Notes: a model not told the origin generated them from the letters alone. A stretch of DNA of 64,000 nt from Paraphysomonas bandaiensis (GCA_965644295.1 CBFFRP010000196.1:52774-116773), one strand, 5' to 3'. Positions 26,301 to 39,242 are shown, counted from the first letter of the stretch. A program made the numbers and translations.

Positions 26301-26471
26301 GTCTAGATCATGAATGTGCCTTGGTTTATCCTTTGAGAGGACAAGATGAGCTCGATTGTGTCTCATGAGGAATGAGGTGAAGAACTTCTTGAATTTCTTG
26401 AAGTTCAGTTCCTCGAAGGGAGGTACCTTTGAGCCTGAGGCGACATTCGTGAAATTTCCATCCGCTGCCAT
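23331..26471 (-). CDS. Ty1/Copia gag-pol polyprotein, truncated at the start of RT
   Basis: Two CCHC knuckles (CNKCKKLGHFAREC, CEICDIPGHQTKDC), protease YLDSGC, WHKRLGH..CNTC, integrase D..D(ADGAGE)..E(SERTNR), then EPQTLAEA..W..KSKLVFKVK..KFK and an abrupt stop. Confidence 0.96.
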   Translation of the reverse strand: MAADGNFTNVASGSKVPPFEELNFKKFKKFFTSFLMRHNRAHLVLSKDKPRHIHDLDSTVPAGAHMTDAQKKRLRKAKKLWNTRNETAYSFLMEVCNAHPKAGTTAALYEGSTAKGLLQALEERFLNVEKNTVQAEVTKFNSMKITSSQSGAEFVDSVEAQAKILENLGREVTEDDKLTRLKEGLTDKRYSQLAHSLYTANDVTYARASSLIKGYENTSFGKHALQNSGEDSVNQAVDDSKWKEHKRKGRCNKCKKLGHFARECKTPEHVIKRMKGTRSQRKDRDHRNRGDNKTKLPVCEICDIPGHQTKDCFHLKTAKAAVVSSKRGRDSRRETAPYKNKKKPRVSVHDSEDEAGYESMICVEEEVNLAQSMSDVIYLDSGCNKMILTSKNHMTNLQRADRQMSTANKGKLSIHSVGDVGSFKKVYYAPEASKNLVDMKSITDRGCVVTFDNDEVVIRNKTTNKTLIRQRSVNGLYPVRLEDLLQLGEESSAALEEQGFDDQRILWHKRLGHVNYDKLTESDRRGLVDGINLDKKYFRKKHKKTICKCNTCMRSKLTRKNFRTPRQLMNLDNNPKERGVLSADTMEVLNTPSMEGYKHVLLFKHSDAKHVWAYGLKNKTGSEVLKCMKDMVETQLVKEGLQLRRYHADGAGELVGQHVRQYLRETTSTRTVQVTWTPRDTPEMNSLSERTNRTVKEMALAILLDSGMPSVFWFKAVLHAVYLINRLPTKTTKGYISPFEYITGTAPDVSDLKIWGCKAWAIVPKEQRRKEWKEKGKPGYYMGQCQQPVGHQIYIPDLNAIIVAVNAQFDESIPERSQEYFDEIDNLQIDTSETAESVNDYQYLVGLRHLDGHLCYVTTRVIERRGVIVAYRRLDMKGNTTEEQTPIHIKDVVKMTHSTKCQTDKFNSLRNELDQTCNDSDNEQRTPDRSNRGASSTGGADRNPRTEKRPRKKRHIVNVGVLGDVSLFLDSSNSTIKEPQTLAEAKKTPQRTYWIEATRKEVHKLERRTCWKIVRRPKHRKIIKSKLVFKVKRDHLGKIKKFKDFQ

Positions 26472-26777
26472 ATTAATTTACGCTTTTAGTTAGTGCAATA
26501 TTGACTGATTGATATTATAGGAGATATAGTAAGTTTATGATGTTGTAGCCCTGTGAGTTAGGAACCACGTCATTCACCAACATCAACATTCTGTTCTACA
26601 AATCATATCTTTAACAGCTACTATATTTTCAGTTTCTTTGTATACTTGTAATAGCTACTCCTATACTGTAGTCATGTATATTCTGTATTTCATTGCTACA
26701 TAGAATACAGGATAACTACTAGCGATTGACTTTACCAAACTTCAAGTACGCACGTAGGAGTTGGTTGTAGTTCAATA
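23335..26777 (-). mobile_element. 3'-truncated Copia element with probable 5' LTR at ~26647-26777
   Basis: 26650-26777 lies 5' of gag here and 3' of RNase H/PPT in the 665-1290 copy, which is what an LTR does. Confidence 0.8.
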
Positions 26778-26789
26778 AAATCTGCACCA

Positions 26790-27070
26790 ATGTAGTGGTT
26801 AGTTGAATGCTAGTCATGCTAGTTAGACCTCTACCCATAACTAATCAGTACAAACTCTATTATCCTACTATTTAGCGCTACAGAAGCTGCTTGTGCGTTG
26901 CCCGCAAGCACCAAGGTGCGATCACTTCCGTTCTTAATGTTGATTGTGAGGTTCGCCGTGATCGTGTGTCCTAGGACTCACTGGCGCATGAGATTCCACC
27001 AGGCTCTGAGGTACAGGGTTCTGTATTAAGGTTCTGAGAGTACCTAGTGCTAGTCGGACACGATCTTATA
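26790..27070. repeat. Family A LTR-like fragment plus adjacent internal sequence
   Basis: 26790-26935 matches 8760-8900. Confidence 0.7.
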
Positions 27071-27390
27071 CAGCTTCACTACTGTTATTCCTATCACCTC
27101 AATAGTTCATTTAATACGATACTGTTAATCCTTCATGTAACGGTCGTAATTCAAATACCTTAAAACTACAGCTTTTAATTGCTTTAAAACAGCAAAGAAC
27201 AACAATGAAAGCATGACATTGGTAATATTTAATATATCAACAAGTCATATTTACTTTTACTATGGCTACAGGACGTGAGGTACTTCGGATGCAACTATAT
27301 AGGCAAATTTGCTATACAAAGCACCATTATATCCTGGTATACGAACACTCCCAACGTCGAATACAGCAACAATCGTACGTATCTACACAA

Positions 27391-30300
27391 CTATATCTCA
27401 GAGGTATCCAAAGTCGTGTCGTTGACTTCGTCAATAATTGGAGACTTATCTTGATATTTATCAGAATTTTCTCCTTGCGTTGTTGCCCATGATCCTACCA
27501 CTTCTTCCGGTTCCAAGTTAAGGGTAGCTGAGTGTGAACGGACGGACGCCGCTGAGTGCGATATAGCTTTAGTGCTTTCATCGTGTTCATGGGTAGATGT
27601 CATTGACTTTGGAAGCCACTCATCTAAGGAGAGTAAACTGGATTTTCTTTTCTGCTGTTCTTCAATACTGGATGAATGTCCGCCCATGCTGTCATGCCCA
27701 CCGGAAGAATCAATGGAAGAATCCCGCGTAACGTGTTGAGGAACGTCTTCCTGTTGCATTGGGAAATCCTCTTGTATCGTACGATCGTGCTCGCTGTTCT
27801 CATGCTTGCTGAATATCGACCCCAGAGGAGTAGATACCGCATGTCCGGCTTTTCTAATCCCCTGCTTGCCTTTACTGAAAAATCCCTTGAATTGACCTAT
27901 TGCACCCGTAGACTCTTCCTCTGGAGTCATTTGCGGAATATCACATTTGCAAGTGGAATACTTTGGACCCTCCACAGTTCCCCCACATCGGTAACAAGTA
28001 GGTGCCCCCGCAGACCCCGACGTCCGAGATTCATTTGGGGGGGAGCTCACTCCATGTTTATCGCTTGCAGACTGCGACGAGTCCAAACTCCCAACACTCT
28101 CAGAGGAAGGTAAGTGTCCTGCTGAGGGTGAAGCTGTATCTCCCTTTGTGAATATAGCAGACAAACGTTTAAGGGAACTTTTCTTTTCTGCTCCAGATAC
28201 TGATCCCATATCCGACCCTCCTCCGTGTGAGGATCCAATCTCATCCTTGTCAGAGTGAAATATGGATGTTGCCAAGTTCTTAATGGACAGTCGTTTCCCC
28301 TCATGATCGGGACCATAAACCATTTCCTCTTTCCGTCTATCCTCCACAAGCATGCGCTGCTCAGGTGAAAGCCAGTCCATTGCAAGCACGTTGGTGCGAT
28401 CAACTTCCCAATCTATGACATTCCCGTCCATATCAGTGGGAGCTGGAGGTGGAGGAAGAATAGATGGAGCAGGTACACTCCCATCAGGTGAGCGGGCAAC
28501 CCCTCCCACACTATTAGACGGTGAATTGTGCGGAGATTCGTGTCCTTGTATATCGACTCCTAGTTTCTGACTCCTCTCTTGTGTAACCTCTGCTTCCCGT
28601 ACTGCGGAAGAGTCACTAAGAGCTGTTGCTGCAATCGCTAGTGCATCCGTCACATCACAACCTTCCTGGTCTTTTTCGGGTTCCGCCGTAGTTACTTCAT
28701 CAGTCGCAGCTTCCGACGAGAGAATTTTTTCCGTTTTTTCTGTTTCTAAGCGTTCGACTTGTTGTTGGAGAGCCTGTACGGCTGATTCAAGTTTCGAGTT
28801 GACAATCTTCAGCCCTTCACTGGAGGTTTGCAAGTCTTCCACTCGCTTCCGTAAAGTCTTCACTTCTTTTATGAGTACACGCTTCTGTTCGTTCGCCACG
28901 TTTAACTTATCTTCTAGATTTCCTTTCACTCCCCATAAAATCTGGTAACTCTGACTAGATTTATCCAGCTTATTTGTGAAAGATGTGAAATTCGAACGGA
29001 CCAAATATACAAAGTAGTTACCTGAGAGAGGGCGTCGCGCAGCCTATGTTCGCCATCGCGTTTGTCCTGACTACTCTGTGCTTCAATCATTCTCTTGGAT
29101 CGAATCTCAGCCTCGAGTTCTTGCTCCAGAGAATCGATTCTATCCTGTAAGGCATTGGTCTTCTCCTGATTCGACTACATAAATGACAATAAGTCGTACG
29201 TATTGCAAAATGTAGAGAACACTCACGTCACTTAACTCCCGGATTCGAGACTCATAATCAAGGTTCATTTTTTCTATGCGACGTTTGAGGAGAGCCCCAT
29301 TCTCAGTGATGTTGGTGACATCTACGGTGACACGATCTTCCTCATCTGCCTGTAAAAATTTTCACGGAAAAGTACAATAAACGATGTATGAAATATGAGA
29401 TAATTTCAAACATAAACGCTACGCTATATCATACATGCTACCTAACAACTCTACACTCCACATATATATTACATTACTCACAGAAATGGCGTCTAGCGCT
29501 TCCTGAAGCACCCGTGTGGCCTCTGCAAGTTGCTTCTGGCCCTCTGCAACTTCTTTTGTTAGTCGTTCCTTTTCGATTCCATTCTCTTCCATCATGCGAG
29601 TGGTTGAATCCATTTGACCGGAAAACTGTTCTTGTAGCTGCTGATACGCATCACGTTCATCTCGAACCACCATGTACCTACATATCCACGGCGGCACAAT
29701 ATTACAAGACGTTTAAATTGAAAAAACTATCAAAGGAATAAATAATATAATTCATTTCTATCCTAATGACACTACTAAGTAATACGCATCAACACCTGTC
29801 CCTGTGAATCGCGGCCATCCACTCACTCATAACCGCAGGATCATCGATCTGGAAATAAAATCCTCTGAATAAAGGACACATAAGTCACTAATCACGAAGT
29901 AAATATCATTATCATCACCTTGAATTCACATAAGGAGGGGTGGATAGTTTCATAATATTCTCGCTTTGTATATCAACAGCAGTGAAGTACTCCAAGTCAA
30001 TGATTCCACGGGGAGACTCTGATAGCTCGTTGTCGAAATAATATAAAAATGTATGTGGAACCATACAACAAAATCTTCTTTGCCATACACCCTGCTCATT
30101 ACGCTTCATTAAGAAGCCTGTACGTATTGCTAAGGCAGCTGTAGTCGGAGCATCTTTAACAGGAGTTTCCTATACAAAATAAGTATACATGAAATATGGA
30201 TAGGTGAGAAATGTAAATCAGTGGCGTACAGATACGACGTACGTATATGAGAGGTATGTGTATGAGAGGTATGTGTATGAGAGGTATGTGTATGAGAGGT

Positions 30301-31040
30301 ATGTGTATGAGAGGTATGTGTATGAGAGGTATGTGTATGAGAGGTATGTGTATGAGAGGTATGTGTATGAGAGGTATGTGTATGAGAGGTATGTGTATGA
30401 GAGGTATGTGTATGAGAGGTATGTGTATGAGAGGCATGTATATGAGAGGTATGTGTATGAGAGGTATGTGTATGAGAGGCATGTGTATGAGAGGCATGTG
30501 TATGAGAGGCATGTATATGAGAGGCATGTGTATGAGAGGCATGTGTATGAGAGGTATGTGTATGAGAGGTATGTGTATGAGAGGTATGTGTATGAGAGGT
30601 ATGTGTATGAGAGGTATGTGTATGAGAGGTATGTGTATGAGAGGTATGTGTATGAGAGGTATGTGTATGAGAGGTATGTGTATGAGAGGTATGTGTATGA
30701 GAGGTATGTGTATGAGAGGTATGTGTATGAGAGGCATGTGTATGAGAGGCATGTGTATGAGAGGCATGTATATGAGAGGCATGTGTATGAGAGGCATGTG
30801 TATGAGAGGCATGTGTATGAGAGGCATGTGTATGAGAGGCATGTGTATGAGAGGCATGTATACATCTACTCTGTCGATATAACTGACCTTGACAGTAAGT
30901 ACACTCTTCTCTTTCACCACAATATCACCCGCATCACTCCTTGTTCTCCCTCCAAACCCTGCGACTGAACCTACAGCTGATACAGTCCCTCCAACCACTG
31001 AACCTGCCCCTCTTATTAAATTTCCTGGTAGATTCATCAT
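27391..31040 (-). CDS. PH-domain, coiled-coil, Ser-rich protein (multi-exon)
   Basis: Exon 1 MMNLPG..LTVK; exon 2 IRTGFLMKRNEQGVWQRRFCCMVPHTFLYYFD..SPRGIIDL (PH); later coiled-coil exons; last exon of ~530 codons with CYRC..CKC. Confidence 0.88.
30246..30862. repeat. Intronic 15-bp minisatellite (TATGAGAGGYATGTR), about 41 copies
   Basis: Directly visible; lies in intron 1 (~30171-30887) of the PH gene. Confidence 0.97.
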
Positions 31041-31719
31041 GGTTTTTAATACCACACATACAGTATGGGGATTATATATGGATTGTATAGTTTAATGGGG
31101 TTTACTGTGTGATGGATGATACACATATATACGGTATGGAGGTATGTACTGCTGGATGTACCATATGAAGAATCGTGTAGAGATCTCCTTGTAGAGGTAC
31201 TGTATGTATATATACAGCAGCATACAGCAGTATATAGTCAATAGAATTTTTTATGGTATACTGTTGTATATAATAGAATACACTTCTACCTACCGTAAAG
31301 TCCACGATATTCAGACTCAAGTAAACCCCAGTTTCTGATTCAATACCATCTACAAAAAACACAAATTTTCCCCTCAATACTCATTGAAACCCCATATATC
31401 TATCCCATATAACCTCTCATAGTTAAGAGTAAGTTTGAATGTTGTACAGTACGAGAAGCAGATCTCAACTGAAAGATTTTGTGGTTAAAAATCACTCATA
31501 ATGTATGTATACCTCCCCATATCTCCCTACACACATCCATACATACATGCATACACTGTACATCCATGCATCCATGCATGCATCCATATATGGACATATA
31601 CATACATACATCCCTGCATTGATCTAAATCTTTATAAGCTCATTACACACATACATACATACACACATCACATCATATACTAACAATACATATATATATC
31701 CTTTCAATTCATTTCTAAT

Positions 31720-34700
31720 ATGAAATCCATTACAAATTCACATAAAAAAAGTAAAGATGAAGGTGCTAAACAATCTTTAATATCAAGTGATCACTTAGAA
31801 CAACCCAATGAAGGGAATGGTCTCACAACAGATCCTACAAGTGCTATACAAGGATTAACTACTGAACAAGTTGAAGCCTTATATGAGAAATGGGGATATA
31901 ATGAATTGCCTTCTATTGTTATACCATTATGGTATATATTTCTAACACAATTTACTGGAACAATGCCATATATGCTTGAACTTGCATGTATTTTATCATT
32001 AGCTGTAAGTGATTGGGTAGATTTTGCAATTATTGCTGCAATGATTTTATGCAATGGTTATTTGGGATTTCATGAGGAATTGAAAGCAAAAGAGAGTTTG
32101 GAGGAATTGACCAGTAAAATGGAACAAAAAATATGCTGTCTGCGAGATGGGCATGCTGTGGTATGTATATTTCAAATATTTTGATGTCTTATATACATTA
32201 ATTGATGTGTGTATTATAGCATATTTTGACGCGTCTATTAGTACCGGGTGATATCGTTCTCTTGGTTGGAGGCTGTTCCGTCCCCGCGGATGTTGAGTGG
32301 CTTGAGGGTGATGTTCTCTCCATTGACACTGCAGCACTCACTGGAGAGCCATTGCCCAGAAAGTATCCGTCGGAACAATATGGCAATACTATTCTTTGTG
32401 GGTGTACCGTTAAGGCTGGCGAGGCGTACTGTATGGTCAAAAGCACTGGAGTTCACACTGAGATCGGGTCATCATCTGCCGAAATCATGAAGGACAAAGC
32501 AACAGCAAAGATATCTGTGTTCGAGGAGCGCGTGTTGTTCGCGGTCAAGATCATCATCATGATCTCTCTGCTGGATGTGTTGGTTATCTTCTTTGTTCAG
32601 GGTATTGGAAGAGAGGAATTCAAGGATAACATCAAGGAGCTTCTGTTAACCTGTCTGTCTATTATCATAGCAGCTGTGCCGGTAGCTCTGCCTCTCGTTC
32701 TACAGGTGACTATGGCCCTCGGCGCTGGGAAGATGGCTACAGAATTTAATGCAGTAGTTACCTCACTGCCAGCTCTTCAGGACATTAGTTCAATGTCTGT
32801 ATTGTGCTCTGACAAGACTGGGACTCTCACCACCGCAAACATAACTATCCAGGTACATCTCGTCATCCACATCCAATATCGACACATGTGAATGTATCAC
32901 ATCATTAATTTATTGAACATGTCATGATGTGGGTGTGCTAGGCTGACTCCGTATGGACCACGAATGGGTTTACTGAAGAGGAGCTAGCTCTCTATGGTGC
33001 CCTGTCGTCCAACAGAGACAAAAAGGAAGACCCCATAGACCGCTCTGTTATCAATCATTTCGATGGCATGTTCGGATCCTCTGGTCTTACTCAATGTGCG
33101 GAATATTCTAAGGTCCGACTTGTTGGTTTCAACCCCATTTACAAGAGAGTTGTTGCGGAATTCACACACCCGACAGTTGGGAATATCACTATTGCTAAGG
33201 GACTCCCTGCCAAGGTGCTCAACACTGCCGATGGTGGCGAGGATGATGCTGCTGACCAGTGGAAGGTGGAAGACTACGATAAACTTTACCCAGAGGTAGG
33301 TTATTAATTATGATGTTTGCACATACGCCCTGTGTACGCGCTGTACTGCATTCGCATATTTTTCGCTTTTTTTGTAAACGCTGTCTAATGTTTCGTATCA
33401 GGTCTCTGAAATAGATATGAACTTTAGCAAGGCCGGTTACAAAACTCTCGGTATTGCTGTCAAGATCAATGATGGGCCGTTCAAGTTTGTTGGCATTCTT
33501 CCTATGCTTGATCCTCCTCGCCACGACACATCTCAGACTGTGGATAACCTTCAGAATGCTGGTATCAATGTCAAGATGATTACTGGTGACCACCTCAATA
33601 TCGCCAAGGAAACAGCCCGCTTAATTGGTATGGGAACTAACATTCATCCCGGGGAGGCCACTAGAGACTCCTCTGAAACTGGCCACGAGCTGATACTTAA
33701 GTCTGATGGATTTGCTCAGGTGCTTCCCCGCGACAAGCGTGAGGTCGTGCTTGTTCTTAAGAACATTTATGACAGGGTTACTGGAATGACTGGCGACGGT
33801 AAGCCAACTTGCCTTGCTAACAATGAATTTTTTCCATTTGTGAAAAATGTGTACTTTTTGTATTCTCTCTGGCATTCTTCCGTGCGCTTTATTGATCGTG
33901 TTATCTAACTTGAGCCCTTGTCTTCACAGGAGTCAATGACGCGCCTGCTCTTTCTGCTGCTCAGTGTGGTATCGCTGTTGATGATGCTACTGACGCCGCC
34001 AAGAACGCCGCTGCTATTATTCTTACCAGCCCAGGTCTGTCCGCCATCTACGCAGCTGTTGTGGAAAGCCGACGTATTTTCAGAAAGCTAAAGGCTTATG
34101 TGATATATCGATTCGCAGCAACTATTCAGATCGTGATTGTGTTGTCTCTTGTGATTTTCATTTCTGACTGTCCTATCAACTCTTTGTTCGTAATTCTTCT
34201 GGCGCTCTTTAATGATCTTACTATGCTTCCTATTGCCTACGACTCTCAGCAGGCTAGTGCGCGACCTGAAAACCCTGAGGTTGGCAAAATGCTGTTGTTA
34301 TCTCTGTTGCTGGGTGCTCTTGAGACCATATTTTCTATGGTATTTGCGTATGGTGCTGGTCCTAGTGGCCTCTTTCATGCCGATTATGAAATGGGTACAT
34401 GCGACAAGAAAATGCAGGCTGCCGTATGGCTTCAGATGTCAATCGCTGCTGAACTTCTGATCTTTTCTGCTCGCGCCCCATCCTTTATATGGACTTCGAT
34501 CAAACCCTCCTCTGCACTTACGGTTTCTGTCCTTCTTGGTTGCATCATTACCACTGTTCTCGCAGGAGTGTTCAAGTACTTCGGAAAATTGCCCATAACT
34601 GACATGCTGTTGATATGGGCTTACGATGTTGCTTGCTTGATTGTTATCGATATCTGCAAAGTAGCCTACTTACATGCATTCAATGAAAATATGGATGTGT

Positions 34701-35206
34701 TACCCGACGTTGAGGTCGCGCAGATCGAAGATGCTGCTCGCATGACCAGTGTGGCAATGGACCGCGATCGCGTCGCTAGCAAGAGTGGTCAAGTTGTCGA
34801 TGCTCTAATGCATATGCACGACGCTGATGTACCCGCTCGCGCTTCAGCCTCTCAACGCCGTATGGAGTCCTGGGCGGCCAGCAAGTCTGCTGCATTCCAC
34901 CGCCCCTCGCACGATGCCAAGAACGGTTCCGTATATGATGATGCCCTTAGCTTCAGGGGAAGCTCGATGGCTCACCATCGTACCCAAGTCCGTCCTCGCA
35001 GCCGTGCTAACTCTTCCGGCAAGAGTTCTCATAAGGAACCATCAGGTTCCTCCACTGCCATGCCCGTGTATCAGTCGTATGGCCCTACCACAAACAGTTT
35101 TGTTGGGAGGAGCTTATTGAGTGCAGCCTCCAGTCTGCACCCCAATACGCCCGCGAATGCCTGGCGCCATTCCGCGAAGGAGTCCAAATCGTTTTCGTTC
35201 ATTTGA
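31720..35206 (+). CDS. Plasma-membrane H+-ATPase (P3A P-type ATPase), 5 exons
   Basis: GYNEL, LVPGDIV..VPAD, AALTGE, AVPVALP, CSDKTGTLT, DPPRHDT, MITGD, GFAQVLP, MTGDG/VNDAPAL, ESRRIFRKLKAYVIYR, LALFNDLTMLPIAYD. Confidence 0.97.
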
Positions 35207-35590
35207 GTATGTCCAGATGTTCCTCGTGAAGTATTGTCATGATTGATGTAATACATCCTAAAGTTCAAGAATATACAACCCAATTTAGAAACGACGTGAG
35301 AATTGTTGAATCATATGTGATGTTTGAATACAGTTTAAACGAAATTTCTAATGGTGGCCGCGTACCTTTTGGTTACGGTTTATGGAATAACAATATAGTA
35401 ATAAGTGATAAAGACAATATTTCGTTATATTTAGATACGTAGTGTTTTTTAGACTCAGAGAATATTGCTTGCCATTTATACGAAATACTCTTAGTGAACG
35501 CTACTATTATTTCAACTCTACGGCTGACATACCAATACACGTGATGATGTACTACAGCTCCACATATATATATAGGTAGTTCGTAGCTCA

Positions 35591-36668
35591 TGACGACGTT
35601 ATGATGACGATCATGTATCTTCGACAGATACTCTCTCTAATTCAGTTAATGATATATTTCATTGAACATTATAACTCACAGATACAATCATGTATTAAGC
35701 TGAATCCTAATACGCCCCCTCAATGAAATAATCAGTGAACCGTAGATAATAGAGAGAATATGAACTTATACACACTGAGAGTAAAAACCAGAGTAGCAGT
35801 TACTAGTCAATAATAAGCGAACCGCAGAGATACCATATTGTGAGACCATCCTTCTAGTCCAGCATCATGTATTGAATTAAAGTAAAAAAATGGTAAAAAC
35901 TCCGTGTAACTCAAACTAGCCACCTAGGTCGCTTGTGGCTTGGTAATTGTGATATAGGGGTCTCTGAGGTTGTTGATCGCTTTCTGTTGCTACTGGATGG
36001 GATGTCGAACCCAGCTCCCCCCATCAACATAGTTCTGTTTGCTCCTAGTGGTTTCGTAAGGAGGACGGCTAACATTGACTTTGTGGATATATGATCAACG
36101 GTCAAAATGTTCTCCGCAATATGTTCTCGGATGAAGTGGTATCGAATCGCGATATGTTTTGTACGTCGATGATGAGTAGGATTGTAACATAATTTGACTG
36201 CACCTTTATTATCGCACCAAATAGTTGTTGAGAATGGAAGTTTGAAACCAATTTCTGATAATGAAGAGCGTAGCCATAATGCTTCCTGAGCTGCTGACGA
36301 TAAAGCCATATACTCAGCTTCAGTAGATGACAATGCCACAGTTGTCTGTAATCGAGATTGCCATGATATAAGACAATTACCTATGAAGAATGTAAAAGCT
36401 GTGGTGGACCGTCGAGTGAGGTGACATCGTGCCCAATCGCTATCGCAGTATCCTGACAATGTTATGTGGGATCCAAAATATATCAATCCTTGCTTAGCAG
36501 TGCCTTTAAGATACCTAAGAACATGTAACGCAGCATTACAGGTAGTTAGATTAGGCATATCTGAAAATCTGGCGAGAGTATTGACTGCGTAGGCGATATC
36601 CGGTCGAGTGCATACAGCTAGATACATCAGGGAACCTATGAGCTCCTTGTAGGGGAAATTTTGAAATT
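35591..36668 (-). mobile_element. Copia 3' remnant: RT end/RNase H, PPT and family B LTR
   Basis: PYKELIGSLMYLAVCTRPDIAYAV, YCDSDWA, ALSSTEAEY, HHRRTKHIAIRYHFIRE; PPT TTGAGGGGGCG (35712-35722) followed by the LTR start TATTAGG at 35711. Confidence 0.92.
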
Positions 36669-37219
36669 GCCATATATACGAAACACTCTTAGTGAACGCT
36701 ACTATTATTTCAACTCTACGGCTGACATACATATACACGTGATGATGTACTACAGCTCCACATATATATATAGGTAGTTCGTAGCTCATATACATTAGTT
36801 AAACACAGCATTCGTTAATCATTATGCCAAAATCCTTGGTTGATTTTACCAGTTTTAATAATAATACTTCTCAGAAATGAACGGAGAGGAAAAGTTTCCG
36901 TACGTATTTCCCCTGACGAGGTCTCCGATATATCATTACGAGCAGAGTCTGTTGATCGACTCTCCACACTCTCGTTGTCTGAACTTATTCGGTCATAAAC
37001 TGTAATGACATTCACTTCTTCTCTTCAAATATCAGTAGCCCAAAGCAGAAAATTCTTCACTCAAATAACGAGAATAATATATAATGAAATCGTTTGCTTT
37101 ATTCAAGAACATTCTTTCCTTCACTATTGTTCATCTTCACCACTACCATTCTATACGTCTACTATATAGAGAGAATAGAAGTGTTATATATGATGACCTA
37201 ATTTTGTTATTATTTGTGG

Positions 37220-37730
37220 TATTATTAGCAATAGGTGTTTAAGAGTCAGAATAGTATCGCAATTTAACTAAGTAGTGCTTAATACTGACATCCTACTATT
37301 TCACGCTACAAAATCTGCTTGTGCATCACCGCAAACTCCAAGGTGCAACCAATTACGCTCTATCACTCAAAGCAAACGCAGTGAGTAAGCAGAATGTTGT
37401 TATACCTAATATCTGCTGACTTCAGGATCCTTGAGTCCTGGAGGTGAACAGCCCGTATGCTTGACTTCAGCAGGCAGCCCAATACTCTGGATGCCCTTCA
37501 GGTGGGCCCATTCCTGGATATCTGTTTATTCGTCAAGGCCCAAAGACTTCTACACAAGTTGCACTTTTGTTATAGTGTCCTTTGTACCGCACAAGCATTG
37601 GTCTATGAGTGGGTAGAACAATATCTGCTGTCTATGTTTGTGGCTTACTTTAATATCCCGAAGAAATGCCTCCGGTACTTATCCCCCAGAACATCACGAA
37701 TAGGTGCGTGTACGACTTTGTTGACGGTAT
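37220..37730 (+). repeat. Family A LTR-like copy
   Basis: Reverse complement of 8270-8740 with an internal insertion. Confidence 0.8.
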
Positions 37731-39169
37731 GACGGTACCGTCCAAGTTATATCGAAATTCATAAAGATATAATCATTAATAATTTAATTCCGTAATAATA
37801 GAGTAGGAAGTTATAGCTGAGACTAGATAATCTGTGTTGAAGACACCTTCGCGGTAGAGACAAGTATATGACATAAAATCGGAAAGTACACTATGACAGA
37901 AATATATATGTAACATATATATTTCAGGGTAAGGGAATAATACACTAAATTGGACAATACATTGATAACTTCAGGGGCAATAGGGAGAGTAGGCTGCATT
38001 ATATTGTACACAATAGTTAAGTCTGTACTGATCTATAGCATAAAAAATATTGTTAACATCATCGATATTATGTTACAATAATGCTCTTAATTGGCTCTCA
38101 AGTATGGTTTATTGATAACATATAAAATATGATAATAGTAAGTTAGGAATAATAAGAAATATTAGACACTCAGAGTAGGCAACACAGAAAGGTTGACGCA
38201 GCCCACTCAAAAACTGAAGAAAGGAAAAGTTCAGGCATCGAAGTACAGGTGTACTAGTCACGTTGTCTGTGCATGTTAAAGTTTATGCAGTGCAGCTAAA
38301 CTTATCATCTCTGCCTTGCGCCGAAGTGCTCATCCTGATACTCTAAGTATGATTCTATTTTTGAAAGCTTATCGTCACTGGTAGTCTGGTGCACACATCT
38401 TTCAAATAAATGTGAATGAAGACATATACGATAAATATGGTTTTAATGCGAGTTGAATGGTGTTAGGCATTACAGTTTGTAATATGCTCTTGCACTATTA
38501 CAAACAATACTAGAAATGAAGTGAAGATAAATAATTAGCTACGGACTCACTATTGCAACAGGTATTGGTGGGAGAATGTCACAATAGTATTACAATATAT
38601 TGTTCCCCTAGCCCTGATTGTGCAGGAAGACTGTTGCAGATATCTATATATACATATACATATATATCCAGCACGTATGCAACAGATATGTATGTATATA
38701 TATGACATATACATATACAACTCTTCTACATATGCATGTATACATATCTGACAGATATATATACGTATGTGCACTATATACAACACAGACATGTATGTAT
38801 ATACTGTACATAAGTGACAGTGACCTCTATGCGTATACATGTACACTAATAAAACATATGGCAGTGTCAGTTGGTTGATAGTGATATCTCAGATGAGAGA
38901 GTCATGAAATATGAGGGATATAATAGAGAGGGATATAGAGATAATGCTTGAGCTGTTGGAAGACTAGAGGAAGATGGATATGCATGAGGATATTCTGCTG
39001 GTAGGTGTGGTTGCTTATGTATGGATATATATGTAAGATTGTACTGGCGTCTGTACATGTATGTGTATGTATGTAGTATGTAGTATGTAGTGATTAAATA
39101 TTGCATATATATTATCTATTTAACCCTCAACTGTCATCCAACAAAAGTCAGTTCAATCCTGGCAAATAA

Positions 39170-39242
39170 GGGCGATTAGCTCAATTGGTAGAGCGCACGC
39201 TTTGCATGCGTGAGGTAGAGGGATCGAAGCCCTCATCGTCCA
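39170..39242 (+). tRNA. tRNA-Ala(UGC)
   Basis: 73-nt cloverleaf, acceptor GGGCGAT/ATCGTCC with G3:U70, anticodon arm CACGC-TT TGC AT-GCGTG, followed by a T-run terminator. Confidence 0.97.

Noticed and set aside
30204-30968. ERYVY, RGMCM and SYTYL repeat proteins
   Set aside because: Minisatellite translations within an intron.
38550-39110. Tyr/Ile/Cys-rich ORFs
   Set aside because: TA/CA low-complexity sequence.
39147-39163. Upstream hairpins as halves of permuted or split tRNAs
   Set aside because: The adjacent tRNAs are complete and no conserved acceptor strand or partner half is visible; kept only as an unexplained element.
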